The notes beneath the pieces are model-generated. The model saw only the letters and a list, made by a program, of their open reading frames with translations. It was not told where the DNA came from and made no database searches. Shown piece by piece: positions 27,041 through 37,216 of a DNA stretch of 64,000 bases (position 1 is its first letter; every line of letters begins with the position of its first letter). Source of the stretch: Bdellovibrionales bacterium (GTDB lineage: Bacteria > Pseudomonadota > Alphaproteobacteria > UBA9219). The translations under genes were made by a program, and so were the position numbers. The stretch lies in contig JBAZNY010000004.1 of assembly GCA_041649025.1 (NCBI GenBank), positions 26,705-90,704 of the forward strand, written 5' to 3'.

Positions 27041-28018
27041 ATGTCCTCTCGTCCCCTTGAAATTGCCGCCTTCCTTGAGCAGCACCAATGGAACCGTGCA
27101 CAAACGCAAGCTTTGTGCAGCGACTTTTCGACGCGGCGTTATGCGCGCCTTACAAACGATTCGGGTAAAACGGCATTTTTGATGGATGCCGAAGAGGATC
27201 AAAAAACGCCGCAATTTGTCGAGTTGGCAAAGGTCTTGCGCCAAATGGGAATCAATGCCCCAGAAATTTATGCCGCCGACGGCGCGCAGGGGTTGGTTTT
27301 GATGCAGGATTTTGGTTCACGCAATATTGGGGCCTTGCTGGATGCCGGAGAAAAACCTTTGCCTTATTTTTTACGCGCGACGGATGTTCTGGCAAAGCTG
27401 CATCGGGAATTCGATCCGAAGCTAACGGAAAATCTGGGGCTTCCGCTTTTTGATACCGCGCTTTTCACATCGCAATCCGAACTTTTTCTCGACGCCTATT
27501 TTCCCGTCGTTATAGGGCGCGAGGCGTCGGATGAAGAGCGTAAGGATTTCTGCGCCGCATGGAAAGCCGTCTTGCGGCCTCTCGAAACAATGCCCAAAAG
27601 CCTTATGTTGCGGGATGTTATGCCTGACAATTTGATGGATCTGCCGGACGGAGAATTAGGCGTTCTTGATTTTCAGGATGCAGGTATCGGCCCCATAGCT
27701 TATGACCTCGCTTCGCTTTGCGAAGAAGTGCGGCGCGACGGCGGCTTTGCTTTGTTACCGGACGTCATCGCTCATTATCGCGAGGGGGCTCAAAATCCGG
27801 TTTCCGAATCCGATTTGCTTCGGGCTTGCACGATTTTGTCGGCGCAACGCCACATGCGCATTCTTGGAATCATCGCGCGGTTGTCCTTTAAAACGGGGCA
27901 ATGCGAGAAATTCGCTTTTTTCCCGCGAATCCGGCATCATTTGCAACGTGTTTTGAAAGAGCCCGCTCTGCTTCCGGTAAGAGAGTGGGTAGAAACCTTT
28001 GACCGAATTTTGCAATGA
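27041..28018 (+). CDS. amgK: Aminoglycoside-phosphotransferase-fold kinase, probable N-acetylmuramate/N-acetylglucosamine kinase (AmgK-like)
   Basis: APH/choline-kinase fold (HRDL-like catalytic region MLRDVMPDNLM, DFQDAG); conserved pairing with the downstream nucleotidyltransferase and addBA. Confidence 0.6.
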   Translation: MSSRPLEIAAFLEQHQWNRAQTQALCSDFSTRRYARLTNDSGKTAFLMDAEEDQKTPQFVELAKVLRQMGINAPEIYAADGAQGLVLMQDFGSRNIGALLDAGEKPLPYFLRATDVLAKLHREFDPKLTENLGLPLFDTALFTSQSELFLDAYFPVVIGREASDEERKDFCAAWKAVLRPLETMPKSLMLRDVMPDNLMDLPDGELGVLDFQDAGIGPIAYDLASLCEEVRRDGGFALLPDVIAHYREGAQNPVSESDLLRACTILSAQRHMRILGIIARLSFKTGQCEKFAFFPRIRHHLQRVLKEPALLPVREWVETFDRILQ

Positions 28019-28746
28019 CGCAGGCTTTTTCTTCAACCGCCATGGTTCTCGCCGCAGGCTTTGGCATGCGCATGAGGCCTTTGACGTTGACGACGCCGAA
28101 GCCTCTGCAAATCATCGGCGGTCGCACGATGCTGGATCACGCGCTCGACAAGCTGATTAAGATCGGGGTTAAACGCGTTGTTATCAATACATTTTATTTG
28201 GCCGAGCAAATTGAAGCGCATGTCAAATCGCGCCGCGACATCGAGATTGTTATCTCGCGCGAGGAAGAATTGCTCGACACGGGCGGCGGAATAGCCAAAG
28301 CCTTGCCGTATTTTGAAGGCCTGCCGTTTTTCTGTCTCAACGCCGATCTGCCGTGGCTCGACGGAGACACGTCGAGCCTTACCCACATGCGTGAAGCTTG
28401 GAAGCCAGAAATTATGGATGCGCTCTTGCTTGTCATGCGCACGGAAAAAGCGCGAGGGTTTCCGTCAACCGGCGATTATGCGATGGAAAATGACGGAAGG
28501 CTGAAGCGCAAAAACGTGCCGACGCCACGACCTTTTGTTATGATTTCGGCGCAGATTTTGAAACCCGACCTTTTTGCAAGGCCTCCCGCCAAGGTCTTTT
28601 CAAACAACGTCATTTGGGATGCCGCCGAAGCCCGGCAACGCCTTTATGGAATTGAACATAACGGCACTTGCTATCACGTCGGGACGCCTGACGACTTGCG
28701 CATCGCCAACGAACTTTTAGCCTCGGGCAAAGGATGGGGCGTGTGA
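28015..28746 (+). CDS. murU: Sugar-1-phosphate nucleotidyltransferase, probable MurNAc-1-P uridylyltransferase (MurU-like)
   Basis: MVLAAGFGMRMRPLTLTTPKPL is the nucleotidyltransferase GxGxR motif; ATGA overlap with the upstream kinase. Confidence 0.6.
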   Translation: MTQAFSSTAMVLAAGFGMRMRPLTLTTPKPLQIIGGRTMLDHALDKLIKIGVKRVVINTFYLAEQIEAHVKSRRDIEIVISREEELLDTGGGIAKALPYFEGLPFFCLNADLPWLDGDTSSLTHMREAWKPEIMDALLLVMRTEKARGFPSTGDYAMENDGRLKRKNVPTPRPFVMISAQILKPDLFARPPAKVFSNNVIWDAAEARQRLYGIEHNGTCYHVGTPDDLRIANELLASGKGWGV

Positions 28747-31604
28747 AGAACGTCTTCACGATAGAACCCGATTTGCCGTTTCTCGACACGCTGGCGGCGG
28801 AGGTGTGGAAACGTACCGACGGCGATGGGTTTACCTTATCGCGGCATTTGATTTTTCTTCCCACCCGCCGTGCCTGCCGCGCACTGGGAATGGCGTTTGC
28901 CAAACTTGCGAACGGCAAACCCGTATTGCTTCCGCGCATGAGGCCTCTCGGCGACATCGACGAAGATGAATTGTCGTTCGCAGACGAGGAAAGCTTCAAC
29001 CAGCCTCCCGCTCTTGCGCCTCTCAAAAGGCAAATGCTGTTGGCGGAGCACGTTAAGCGCCGCGATCCTGCTTTATCGTGGGATCAGGCGGTGCTGGCGG
29101 CAGACGCCTTGGCGCGTTTTCTCGATCAGATACAAATCGAACAATGCGACATAAGTAAACTGCCGGAATTGGTCGAGGAACAAGAACTCGCCGAACACTG
29201 GCAGCAAACATTGCTGTTCCTAGAAATCGTTACGAAGAATTGGCCGCGTATTCTGGGCGAGCAAGAATGCCAAGACCCCGTTTTGCGCCGCAACGCCGTT
29301 GTCGCCGCGCAAATCGATGCGTGGCGCAAGAATCCCCCCAAATTTCCAATTATCGCGGCTGGATCGACGGGTTCCATTCCCTCGACGGCGAATTTGCTGG
29401 TCGTCCTGGCGGAAATGCCCGCGGGCGCGGTCATTTTACCGGGGCTTGATCGCACACTCGACAACGATGCATGGAGCCAAGTCGACGAAACGCATCCTCA
29501 GCACAGCATGAAAATGCTGCTTGAAAAAATGGGCGTCGAAAGAAGTACGGTCGCCGACTTTTCGGCTTCGACGCACAAAGCCTCTGCGCGCATCAAATTG
29601 CTCAGCGAGGCGATGCGTCCCGCAGGCCTTACCGACGCATGGCGCGAGTTGCAGGGAAAATTGGACAAAAACGCAACCGCAGGATTAACCCGTCTGACGC
29701 TCGGCCACCCGCAGGAGGAAGCGCAGGTCATCGCGCTGCGCTTGCGCGAGGCGCTTGAAACACCAAATAAAACGGCGGCCTTTGTTACGGCGGATCGCGC
29801 TCTGGCTGGGCGCGTGGCGGTTTTGCTGCGACGCTGGGGAATTAAGATAGACGATTCCGGCGGCGCACCGCTTGCAAGCTTACCGCCGGGGACTTTTCTT
29901 AATTTAGTCTTGGCGGCTGCGGCGCCTCATGCGGGAAATGTCGATATCCTGGCAATGCTCAAACATCCTTTGGCAGCTTGCGGTTTATCGCCCGCCGCTT
30001 GCCGCGCAGAGGCGCGTGAAGCGGAAGTCCGTGTGCGCAAACAGGAAGATGAAGACTTCGGTAAAGTCAAAAAGCTTCTAAGCCCGCTCATAAAAAAATG
30101 GAGCGGCTCTCTGCCTCTTGCAGAGCGGATCAAACTTCATATTCAAATTGCGGAAGACGTAGCAGCCTCCGATACCGAACCCGGCGAAGAGCGTTTATGG
30201 CTTGGCGAAAGCGGAAAAGACACGGTCGCATGGCTCGACGAATGGCGCGCGGGAACACAGGGGTTTCCGTCCCTTTCCGGAGATGATTATTTTGCCCTGT
30301 TCAGGTCGCTTGCCTCCTCGAAAATTCTACGCTCTTCGCGAACGACGCACCCGCGTCTTAGCATCCTCGGCCCTCTTGAAGCGCGTTTGTGCGATGCCGA
30401 TCTTATTATTCTGGGCGGCATGAACGAAGGCGTCTGGCCGCCCGATGTCGGTTTCGATCCGTGGATGTCGCGCCCGATGCGCAAAAAGTTCAACCTGTCC
30501 TCGCCGGAATATCGCATCGGTTTGTCGGCACATGACTTTGTACAACTGTCCTGTGCCAAGGAAGTTATGCTCACGCGTTCCCAAAGGGTAGACGGACTGC
30601 CGACGGTTTCTTCTCGATTTTTGCTGCAAATCGACGCGGTTTTGCGCGCGGCGGGCCTGTCCGACGATAAACGGGACGCCTTGGCTCCATGCGACCCTTG
30701 GCGCGAATGGGCGCATGCGCTGGACGAGCCCGCGCCGGAGGAAAGAAAATCTTGCGCGCGCCCGCAACCCTGCCCTCCTGTCTCTTTGCGCCCGAAAAAG
30801 CTTAGGGTCACGGAGATTTCGACGTGGATGCGCAACCCTTACGCCATATACGCCAAGCATATTTTAAACTTGAATAAATTGGATGAGCTTGACGCGGAAC
30901 TCGACGTCTCCGACCGCGGGATGATGATTCACGTGGCGTTGGAAAAATTTATCCGCGACTTTCCTTCAAGCCTGCCCCCCGACGCAGAAATGCGCCTTCT
31001 CACGATAGGCCGTAAGATTTTTTCCGAAGACAAGGGCAATCCGCGCGTCCGGGCTTTCTGGGAAGCGGGCTTTGCCAACATCGCGGCATGGTTTTTAGAG
31101 CAAGAACGCGAACGCAGACAAAACGGAATCCTTTCGGTCACGGCGGAGATCGAAGGCCGACTTCAAATCGATGACTTTACGCTTACGGGCCGCGCCGACC
31201 GTATCGAGATTATGAAAAACGGCAGCGTACGCATCATCGATTACAAAACCGGCGTCGTGCCGGAAAAGAAGGAAGTCCGCTTGGGCATCGAGCCCCAATT
31301 GCAATTGCTGGCCTTGATCGCCGCTTCGGGCGGATTCAAGGACCTTCCACCAAGGACATCTTCCGCGTGCGAATACTGGGGACTTAAAGGCGGCGAACAG
31401 GGCTGCAAAACCCGTATCTTCGATAAGGAACTTCCCGACCTGACCGCGCGCGCCGAAAAGGGCCTCAAAAACCTGATCAAAATATTCGCCGATCCCAAGA
31501 CGCCCTACGACGCCGCACCAAGACAGCGCTTGCAGCCACGCCATAACGACTACGCGCATCTTTCGCGTCTTCAGGAGTGGGGCAGAACGGGAGACGATTC
31601 ATGA
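28734..31604 (+). CDS. addB: Double-strand break repair protein AddB (alphaproteobacterial type)
   Basis: 956 aa; C-terminal PD-(D/E)xK nuclease region; precedes addA with ATGA overlap. Confidence 0.8.
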   Translation: MGRVKNVFTIEPDLPFLDTLAAEVWKRTDGDGFTLSRHLIFLPTRRACRALGMAFAKLANGKPVLLPRMRPLGDIDEDELSFADEESFNQPPALAPLKRQMLLAEHVKRRDPALSWDQAVLAADALARFLDQIQIEQCDISKLPELVEEQELAEHWQQTLLFLEIVTKNWPRILGEQECQDPVLRRNAVVAAQIDAWRKNPPKFPIIAAGSTGSIPSTANLLVVLAEMPAGAVILPGLDRTLDNDAWSQVDETHPQHSMKMLLEKMGVERSTVADFSASTHKASARIKLLSEAMRPAGLTDAWRELQGKLDKNATAGLTRLTLGHPQEEAQVIALRLREALETPNKTAAFVTADRALAGRVAVLLRRWGIKIDDSGGAPLASLPPGTFLNLVLAAAAPHAGNVDILAMLKHPLAACGLSPAACRAEAREAEVRVRKQEDEDFGKVKKLLSPLIKKWSGSLPLAERIKLHIQIAEDVAASDTEPGEERLWLGESGKDTVAWLDEWRAGTQGFPSLSGDDYFALFRSLASSKILRSSRTTHPRLSILGPLEARLCDADLIILGGMNEGVWPPDVGFDPWMSRPMRKKFNLSSPEYRIGLSAHDFVQLSCAKEVMLTRSQRVDGLPTVSSRFLLQIDAVLRAAGLSDDKRDALAPCDPWREWAHALDEPAPEERKSCARPQPCPPVSLRPKKLRVTEISTWMRNPYAIYAKHILNLNKLDELDAELDVSDRGMMIHVALEKFIRDFPSSLPPDAEMRLLTIGRKIFSEDKGNPRVRAFWEAGFANIAAWFLEQERERRQNGILSVTAEIEGRLQIDDFTLTGRADRIEIMKNGSVRIIDYKTGVVPEKKEVRLGIEPQLQLLALIAASGGFKDLPPRTSSACEYWGLKGGEQGCKTRIFDKELPDLTARAEKGLKNLIKIFADPKTPYDAAPRQRLQPRHNDYAHLSRLQEWGRTGDDS

Positions 31605-34600
31605 TAACTCCCGTCCCCCAATATTCCCTTCCCGACCCTAACGCCGGACAGCGCACGGCATCCGATCCAGCGCTTTCGGCATGGGTCAACGCCTCGGCGG
31701 GATCCGGCAAGACCAAAGTCTTGACCGATCGCGTCACGCGCCTGTTGTTGGCGGGGGTTAGACCCGAAAAAATCCTGTGCCTGACGTATACCCGCGCAGG
31801 CGCCGCCGAAATGGCGAACCGCGTGACAAGCATTTTGAGCAAATGGGCGGTTTGCGATGATATGGAATTGGATGGCGATCTCGACAAACTTCAAAACGCT
31901 CCGTCTTCGCCAAAACAAAGGATCGAGGCGCGGCGATTGTTTGCGCGCGTGTTGTCTTGCCCCGGGGGGCTGCGCATCCGCACAATTCATTCCTTCTGTC
32001 AGGAAATTCTGTCGCGGTTTCCCATCGAAGCCGGTCTGCCACCCTATTTTACCCTGATCGAAGAACAAGAACTTGAGATTCTGAAAAACGAGGTTCTCGA
32101 CGACCTGCTACGCGAAGCCGCCGATCATCCTGAAAAAGAGCTTGGGCAAGCCCTTTCGGCGCTTGTTGCCTCGCAGGGCGAAACCGGTTTTTCCAAAATG
32201 CTTGAGGAATCGACGCGCGCGTGGCGAAAACTCGCAAACGCTTCAAACAAGCCCGATCAAGCGCTAAAATTGATCGCTCAAACCCGCAAATTTTTGGACC
32301 TGGAACCGGACGATACGGCGGAAAAATTTCGCCGCGAGGCCATGAAACAAGCGCCCGAAGCAGAATTACGGCAACTGGCGGCATGGGTCGCTGATGAAAC
32401 GAGTCATAAGGAAGAAAGACGGAGGCTTGCCGAAATTCTGGCTACGCCAAATAAAGAATGGGCTTCAAAATTCGACGTTTACTGCCTGTTGTTTTTGACG
32501 AAGGAAAACAAGCAACGCGAAGCCATTGCCGGCAAAAAAATGCGGGGTGACCACCCCGAAATCGATGCTCTTTGTTCGCGCGAAACCTCACGCCTTCAAT
32601 CCTCGATTGAGCGCATCGGCGCCGCAGAAATTGCGGAAACGACGAAGAGCGTTTTGTCCTTCGGGCTCGCGTTTTCATCGAGACTTGCCAAACGCAAGGC
32701 CTCGCGGGCTGCGTTGGATTACGATGACCTTGTATTGTTCACGGAAAATCTGCTGCGCAAAAAAGGAATTGCGCCGTGGATATTGTATAAACTCGACAAG
32801 GGTCTCGATCACATTCTGCTTGACGAAGCGCAAGACACCAGCCTTGCACAATGGAATATTTTGCGCTCTCTGACCGAAGAATTTTATGCAGGTGAAGGTG
32901 CGCACGGATATTTGAACCGCACATTGTTCGTCGTCGGCGACGAAAAACAATCGATCTTCAGTTTTCAAAACGCCAACCCCAAAGCTTTTCTTGATTATCG
33001 CACTTTCTTTTCGACCCATTTGGAGAATGCCGGAAAACGATTGGAAAAAATTCCGTTACGAACGTCGTTCCGCTCTGCGCCGGCGATTTTGAAAGCCGTC
33101 GATGCCGTGTTCGCGTCAGAGGCCGCACGCCAAGGCGTTTCGGAAGAGCCGGTTCAACATATTTCCTGTCCCAATAATGATGGCAGCGAAAAAATCGGGC
33201 GCGTCGAGGTTTGGCCTCTTTTGAAAAAAGCAGAAGAGGAAGCGAATGATGACGACTGGCTGTTGCCTACAACCTATGAAGAAGAGCGCGATCCTCAAGC
33301 TGAGCTTGCCCAGAAAATAGCGTTAAAAATCAAGCAAATGCTAGATCGCTCCGCGTTTCTGCCCGGCGAAAATCGCCCTATTGCGGCGGGAGACATTATG
33401 ATCCTGCTCCGCCGGAGGGGACGTTTTGCCGACCTTATGGTGCGGGCGCTGAAAAAACAAAATATTCCGGTCACCGGCGTTGATCGCATGCATCTTGCCA
33501 ATCAACTGCCGGTCTTGGATTTGTTAGCGTTAGTGCGCTTCGTTCTTCTGCCTGAAGACGACCTTAACCTTGCCTCTCTTTTACGAAGCCCTCTTTTGGG
33601 ATTGAGCGAAGAGCAATTGATGAAACTCGCGATAGGCCGCAAAGAGTCTTTATGGAACAGCATCAAAACATCGCCGTCTTTTGCTGCGGTGCGCGATTAT
33701 CTTTCGGATAAACTGAACGAAGCGGATTTCTCGACGCCTTTTGCTTTTCTTTCGCACACGCTCAATGCTCCCTGTCCCGCGAATGCCGAAAGCGGCCGCA
33801 AGGCGTTGTGGGCGCGGCTCGGCAACGAGGCGCTAGACCCCATCGAAGAGCTTTTGAACAAAGCTCAGAGTTTCGGACAAAACCACCCTCCTTCTCTGCA
33901 AAACTTTTTGCATTGGCTGACGCAGTCGGATGTCGAAATCAAGCGCGAGCTTGATCGCGGCGAAGGACAAGTGCGCATCATGACCGTGCACGCCTCCAAA
34001 GGTCTTGAGGCTCCTATCGTCTTTCTGCCCGATACGACCAAAACGCCGCGATCGGTAGATAAATTCCAATGGAGCGACGACGGCGCGCCTTTATTCCTGA
34101 TGCGCGAACCAAAATTCGGCAAAGCAAAAGACGTGTGGCAAGCGGCGCGCGACACGCAAATGGAGGAATATCGCCGTTTGTTTTACGTCGCGCTGACGCG
34201 CGCCTCGCGAAGGCTTTATATATGCGGCTGGCAAGGTGCCAAAAACGAAGGCGACATTAGCAAAACGTGGTATGGGCTTGCCTCTTCCGCTCTGCGCCCG
34301 TTGCATCGGGAACGCGCGCTTGCTCCAAACGATGATTTTGCGCCGGAAATCTCTTTTGCCGATGCGGCGACATCCCCTCTCGCGCCGACGCATACAAAAT
34401 CCCCTGAGCCGCAAAAAACACCGCTGCCTGTTTGGACCGCTATGTGCGTCGAAGAAGAACCCTCCGTTATTTTCTCAGCTCCCGCATATAGCGCAACTCT
34501 ATCCGCCGCTACGCCCGATGCGGCCTTCGCTCGCGGGCGCATTATCCATCGTCTGTTGCAAAGCCTGCCCGATGTTCCGCCGGATAAACGCGGCGGGGCC

Positions 34601-34993
34601 GTCGATCGTTTTCTTTCCCATCCGCGCCACGGATTGACGCAGGGCGAACAAGATGAGATTGCAAAAGAGGTTCATCGGCTTTTGGAAAACAAAAAATTCG
34701 CGGCGCTTTTTGCCGAAGGCAGTCTTGCCGAAGCGCCTCTGGCCGGCCGCATCAAGGATATGAATGTTTTCCGTCAAGTCGATAGGTTGTGTCTTAACGG
34801 CGATGAGGTTTGGGTTGTTGACTACAAAACCAACCGCCCACCGCCTCCAAACGAAAAAGACGTTCCCGCCCCCTATCGTCAGCAGCTTGAAGAATACCGC
34901 ACGCTTCTTCGCGGCATTTATCCGGACAAAAAAGTGCGGTGTTTTCTGCTTTGGACGTATGCGCCGGATTTGATGGAGATCTCTTTTGCTTAA
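31601..34993 (+). CDS. addA: Double-strand break repair helicase/nuclease AddA (UvrD-like)
   Basis: Walker A ASAGSGKT, UvrD helicase motifs, C-terminal nuclease domain; 1130 aa. Confidence 0.9.
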   Translation: MITPVPQYSLPDPNAGQRTASDPALSAWVNASAGSGKTKVLTDRVTRLLLAGVRPEKILCLTYTRAGAAEMANRVTSILSKWAVCDDMELDGDLDKLQNAPSSPKQRIEARRLFARVLSCPGGLRIRTIHSFCQEILSRFPIEAGLPPYFTLIEEQELEILKNEVLDDLLREAADHPEKELGQALSALVASQGETGFSKMLEESTRAWRKLANASNKPDQALKLIAQTRKFLDLEPDDTAEKFRREAMKQAPEAELRQLAAWVADETSHKEERRRLAEILATPNKEWASKFDVYCLLFLTKENKQREAIAGKKMRGDHPEIDALCSRETSRLQSSIERIGAAEIAETTKSVLSFGLAFSSRLAKRKASRAALDYDDLVLFTENLLRKKGIAPWILYKLDKGLDHILLDEAQDTSLAQWNILRSLTEEFYAGEGAHGYLNRTLFVVGDEKQSIFSFQNANPKAFLDYRTFFSTHLENAGKRLEKIPLRTSFRSAPAILKAVDAVFASEAARQGVSEEPVQHISCPNNDGSEKIGRVEVWPLLKKAEEEANDDDWLLPTTYEEERDPQAELAQKIALKIKQMLDRSAFLPGENRPIAAGDIMILLRRRGRFADLMVRALKKQNIPVTGVDRMHLANQLPVLDLLALVRFVLLPEDDLNLASLLRSPLLGLSEEQLMKLAIGRKESLWNSIKTSPSFAAVRDYLSDKLNEADFSTPFAFLSHTLNAPCPANAESGRKALWARLGNEALDPIEELLNKAQSFGQNHPPSLQNFLHWLTQSDVEIKRELDRGEGQVRIMTVHASKGLEAPIVFLPDTTKTPRSVDKFQWSDDGAPLFLMREPKFGKAKDVWQAARDTQMEEYRRLFYVALTRASRRLYICGWQGAKNEGDISKTWYGLASSALRPLHRERALAPNDDFAPEISFADAATSPLAPTHTKSPEPQKTPLPVWTAMCVEEEPSVIFSAPAYSATLSAATPDAAFARGRIIHRLLQSLPDVPPDKRGGAVDRFLSHPRHGLTQGEQDEIAKEVHRLLENKKFAALFAEGSLAEAPLAGRIKDMNVFRQVDRLCLNGDEVWVVDYKTNRPPPPNEKDVPAPYRQQLEEYRTLLRGIYPDKKVRCFLLWTYAPDLMEISFA

Positions 34994-34998
34994 TAAAG

Positions 34999-35700
34999 CT
35001 AGTTAATAATCAGTCTCTCCGCCAAAAAATCCTTTGTGCGCGTTTCAGCTAGCGCTGAGATCTCCGCGTTATAATTTTTTCCGCCCTCAAAAGCAAAAGC
35101 GTGGCCGACTTTTTCATAAACACGCGCCATGATGACGGGATTCCGCGCAAGGCTGTGCAGAATTTTTATGCACTTATCGACTGGCATCCTTTCGTCAAGC
35201 GCGGCAAAATGCAGCAACAAGGGCATTCTGATGTCGTGGTATTCATCGAGGTTCTTGTTCAAATCTGTCGGGTAGTAACTGACTGAAGCATCGACGTCGC
35301 TTCGCGTCGCCATTAAATAAGCCAGACGCCCGCCCAATCCAAAGCCCATCGCGCCGACTTTGCCGTTGCATCCGCCCATCTTGCGAATATGGCCGAGCGT
35401 CGCAAGCAAATCGCGCACCGTTGCCTCGATATCAAGGCCTTTGGACAATTCGAAAGCGCGCGCCACTTCCTCCGACGTTTGATCGGTAAGCTGCACGTTC
35501 GGCTGCTGCCGCCAAAAAATATCGGGACACACGGCAAGATAGCCCTGCGCGGCGTAACCGTCGCATAGCTTACGCATCGCCGCATTGACGCCAAAGCAAT
35601 CCGAAATAACTATTAGCCCGGGACCCCGCCCCGTGGACGGCTCGGCGAAATAGGCGTTGAACTCTGATCCCTCAAGAGAGGAAATTTTGACGTCAGGCAT
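34999..35700 (-). CDS. Dienelactone hydrolase family protein
   Basis: 233 aa alpha/beta hydrolase with DLH-type core (GFGLGG nucleophile elbow region). Confidence 0.75.
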   Translation of the reverse strand: MPDVKISSLEGSEFNAYFAEPSTGRGPGLIVISDCFGVNAAMRKLCDGYAAQGYLAVCPDIFWRQQPNVQLTDQTSEEVARAFELSKGLDIEATVRDLLATLGHIRKMGGCNGKVGAMGFGLGGRLAYLMATRSDVDASVSYYPTDLNKNLDEYHDIRMPLLLHFAALDERMPVDKCIKILHSLARNPVIMARVYEKVGHAFAFEGGKNYNAEISALAETRTKDFLAERLIIN

Positions 35701-35847
35701 AAAAAGTACTGGAAATTGTGAGGATGGAAACTTTTCAGAACTCTATAAGAACTCTACAAATTTGGGGCTAAAATATTATTAATTTGGATTTCCCCTTTTA
35801 AAATGTTAATCTTTGGTTAACCTTTAACAACCGACCCCAAAAGCCCC

Positions 35848-36144
35848 ATGAAAGTCACCGTCAATGTTGAATGTTCCCCCGAGGAAGCACGCGCCTTTCT
35901 AGGCCTTCCCGACGTCGCCCCCATGCAGCAAGCCCTTATGAAAGAGCTTGAAGAGAGGCTGCGTTCCAATATTCAGGCGATGACCCCGGATGCCATGCTT
36001 AAGACGTGGCTTCCCGCAAGCTTACAAAATGTCGAGCAGGCTCAAAAGATTTTTTGGTCGCAAATTCAGCAAACCATGAACGGTCTTGCCGCTACGACCT
36101 CCAACGCCATGATGTCCTTTGCCGACCGCGCGGAGAAGAGATAA
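35848..36144 (+). CDS. Hypothetical small protein (98 aa)
   Basis: ORF with a good coding pattern (codon usage consistent with neighbours, helical-looking sequence); no motif recognised. Confidence 0.45.
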   Translation: MKVTVNVECSPEEARAFLGLPDVAPMQQALMKELEERLRSNIQAMTPDAMLKTWLPASLQNVEQAQKIFWSQIQQTMNGLAATTSNAMMSFADRAEKR

Positions 36145-36147
36145 CCC

Positions 36148-36714
36148 TTGCCCACGATTTATGCCAAAACCGATCGTTTGGTGTTGCGCGGAATCGAAAA
36201 GAGCGAGCTCCCCCGTCTTGTCACGCTCTTGAATGTCTGGGATATCGCGCAATGGCTTGTCGTTCTTCCCTATCCTTATACGATGCAGCATGCCGAAGAG
36301 TTTTACGCCGATATGGATTTGGCGGAAGCAAGCGGCGAACCCCAGTTTTACGGAATATCGTTGAAGTCAAACAGCCTTTTGATGGGAGGGGTCGGATTGC
36401 ATCCCCCTCGCGGCACTTCGGCAATCAAAGGCGATGTTGAAGTCGGCTATTGGTTGGGCAGGGATTTCTGGGGGCACGGATTCATGAATGAAGCCGTGCA
36501 AAAGGTTGCGGCTATCGGATTTTCCCGCCCGGCAACCAATGCTCTTATTGCAACGACCTCGCCAGAAAATGTCGCATCACAGAACGTTCTGCAAAAGCTC
36601 GGCATGAAAAATTTGGGCGTCATGCTTCGCGATTATTCTGCTTTGCGCGGCGATGAGAAGGTTGTTAAATGGCAGGTGACCCGACAGGAGTGGAAGGCTC
36701 CTCGCGATCTTTAA
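36148..36714 (+). CDS. GNAT family N-acetyltransferase (RimJ/RimL-like)
   Basis: 188 aa with acetyl-CoA binding core VGYWLGRDFWGHGFMNEAV. Confidence 0.8.
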   Translation: MPTIYAKTDRLVLRGIEKSELPRLVTLLNVWDIAQWLVVLPYPYTMQHAEEFYADMDLAEASGEPQFYGISLKSNSLLMGGVGLHPPRGTSAIKGDVEVGYWLGRDFWGHGFMNEAVQKVAAIGFSRPATNALIATTSPENVASQNVLQKLGMKNLGVMLRDYSALRGDEKVVKWQVTRQEWKAPRDL

Positions 36715-36751
36715 GTTATAGTAAAACCACAAACCCCAACGGATTGTTTTT

Positions 36752-37216
36752 ATGGCAAACCCAAAACCACTTCCTTCGTGCTATGCTGACGACGCTCTCG
36801 TGCCACTCAGCCCCACCAGACCGCTGGTGTTGGTTACGGCTGCCGTTCTCATCGATAACGAAAATCATATTTTGCTCACGCAAAGACCCGATGGAAAACC
36901 GATGGCCGGCCTGTGGGAATTTCCGGGCGGCAAAGTTCGCGAAAACGAGCTCCCCGAAGAAGCCTTAGTCCGCGAATTGCGCGAAGAGCTTGGAATAAAG
37001 ACAGCTCCCGGATGTTTGTTTCCTTTAACTTTTGCTTCATATCCTTATCCGGAATTTCACTTGCTCATGCCCATCTATGCCTGTCACGTCTGGCAAGGAA
37101 AGCCACGCCCTCACGAAGGGCAAGGTCTTGCGTGGGTAAAGAAAGAAGACGTTCACAAGTATGCGATGCCCCCTGCGGATAGCCGCGTTCTTCCCGTCCT
37201 TCTGGGATTAATTTAG
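36752..37216 (+). CDS. NUDIX hydrolase (MutT-like nucleoside triphosphate pyrophosphohydrolase)
   Basis: NUDIX box GLWEFPGGKVRENELPEEALVRELREELGI. Confidence 0.85.
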   Translation: MANPKPLPSCYADDALVPLSPTRPLVLVTAAVLIDNENHILLTQRPDGKPMAGLWEFPGGKVRENELPEEALVRELREELGIKTAPGCLFPLTFASYPYPEFHLLMPIYACHVWQGKPRPHEGQGLAWVKKEDVHKYAMPPADSRVLPVLLGLI

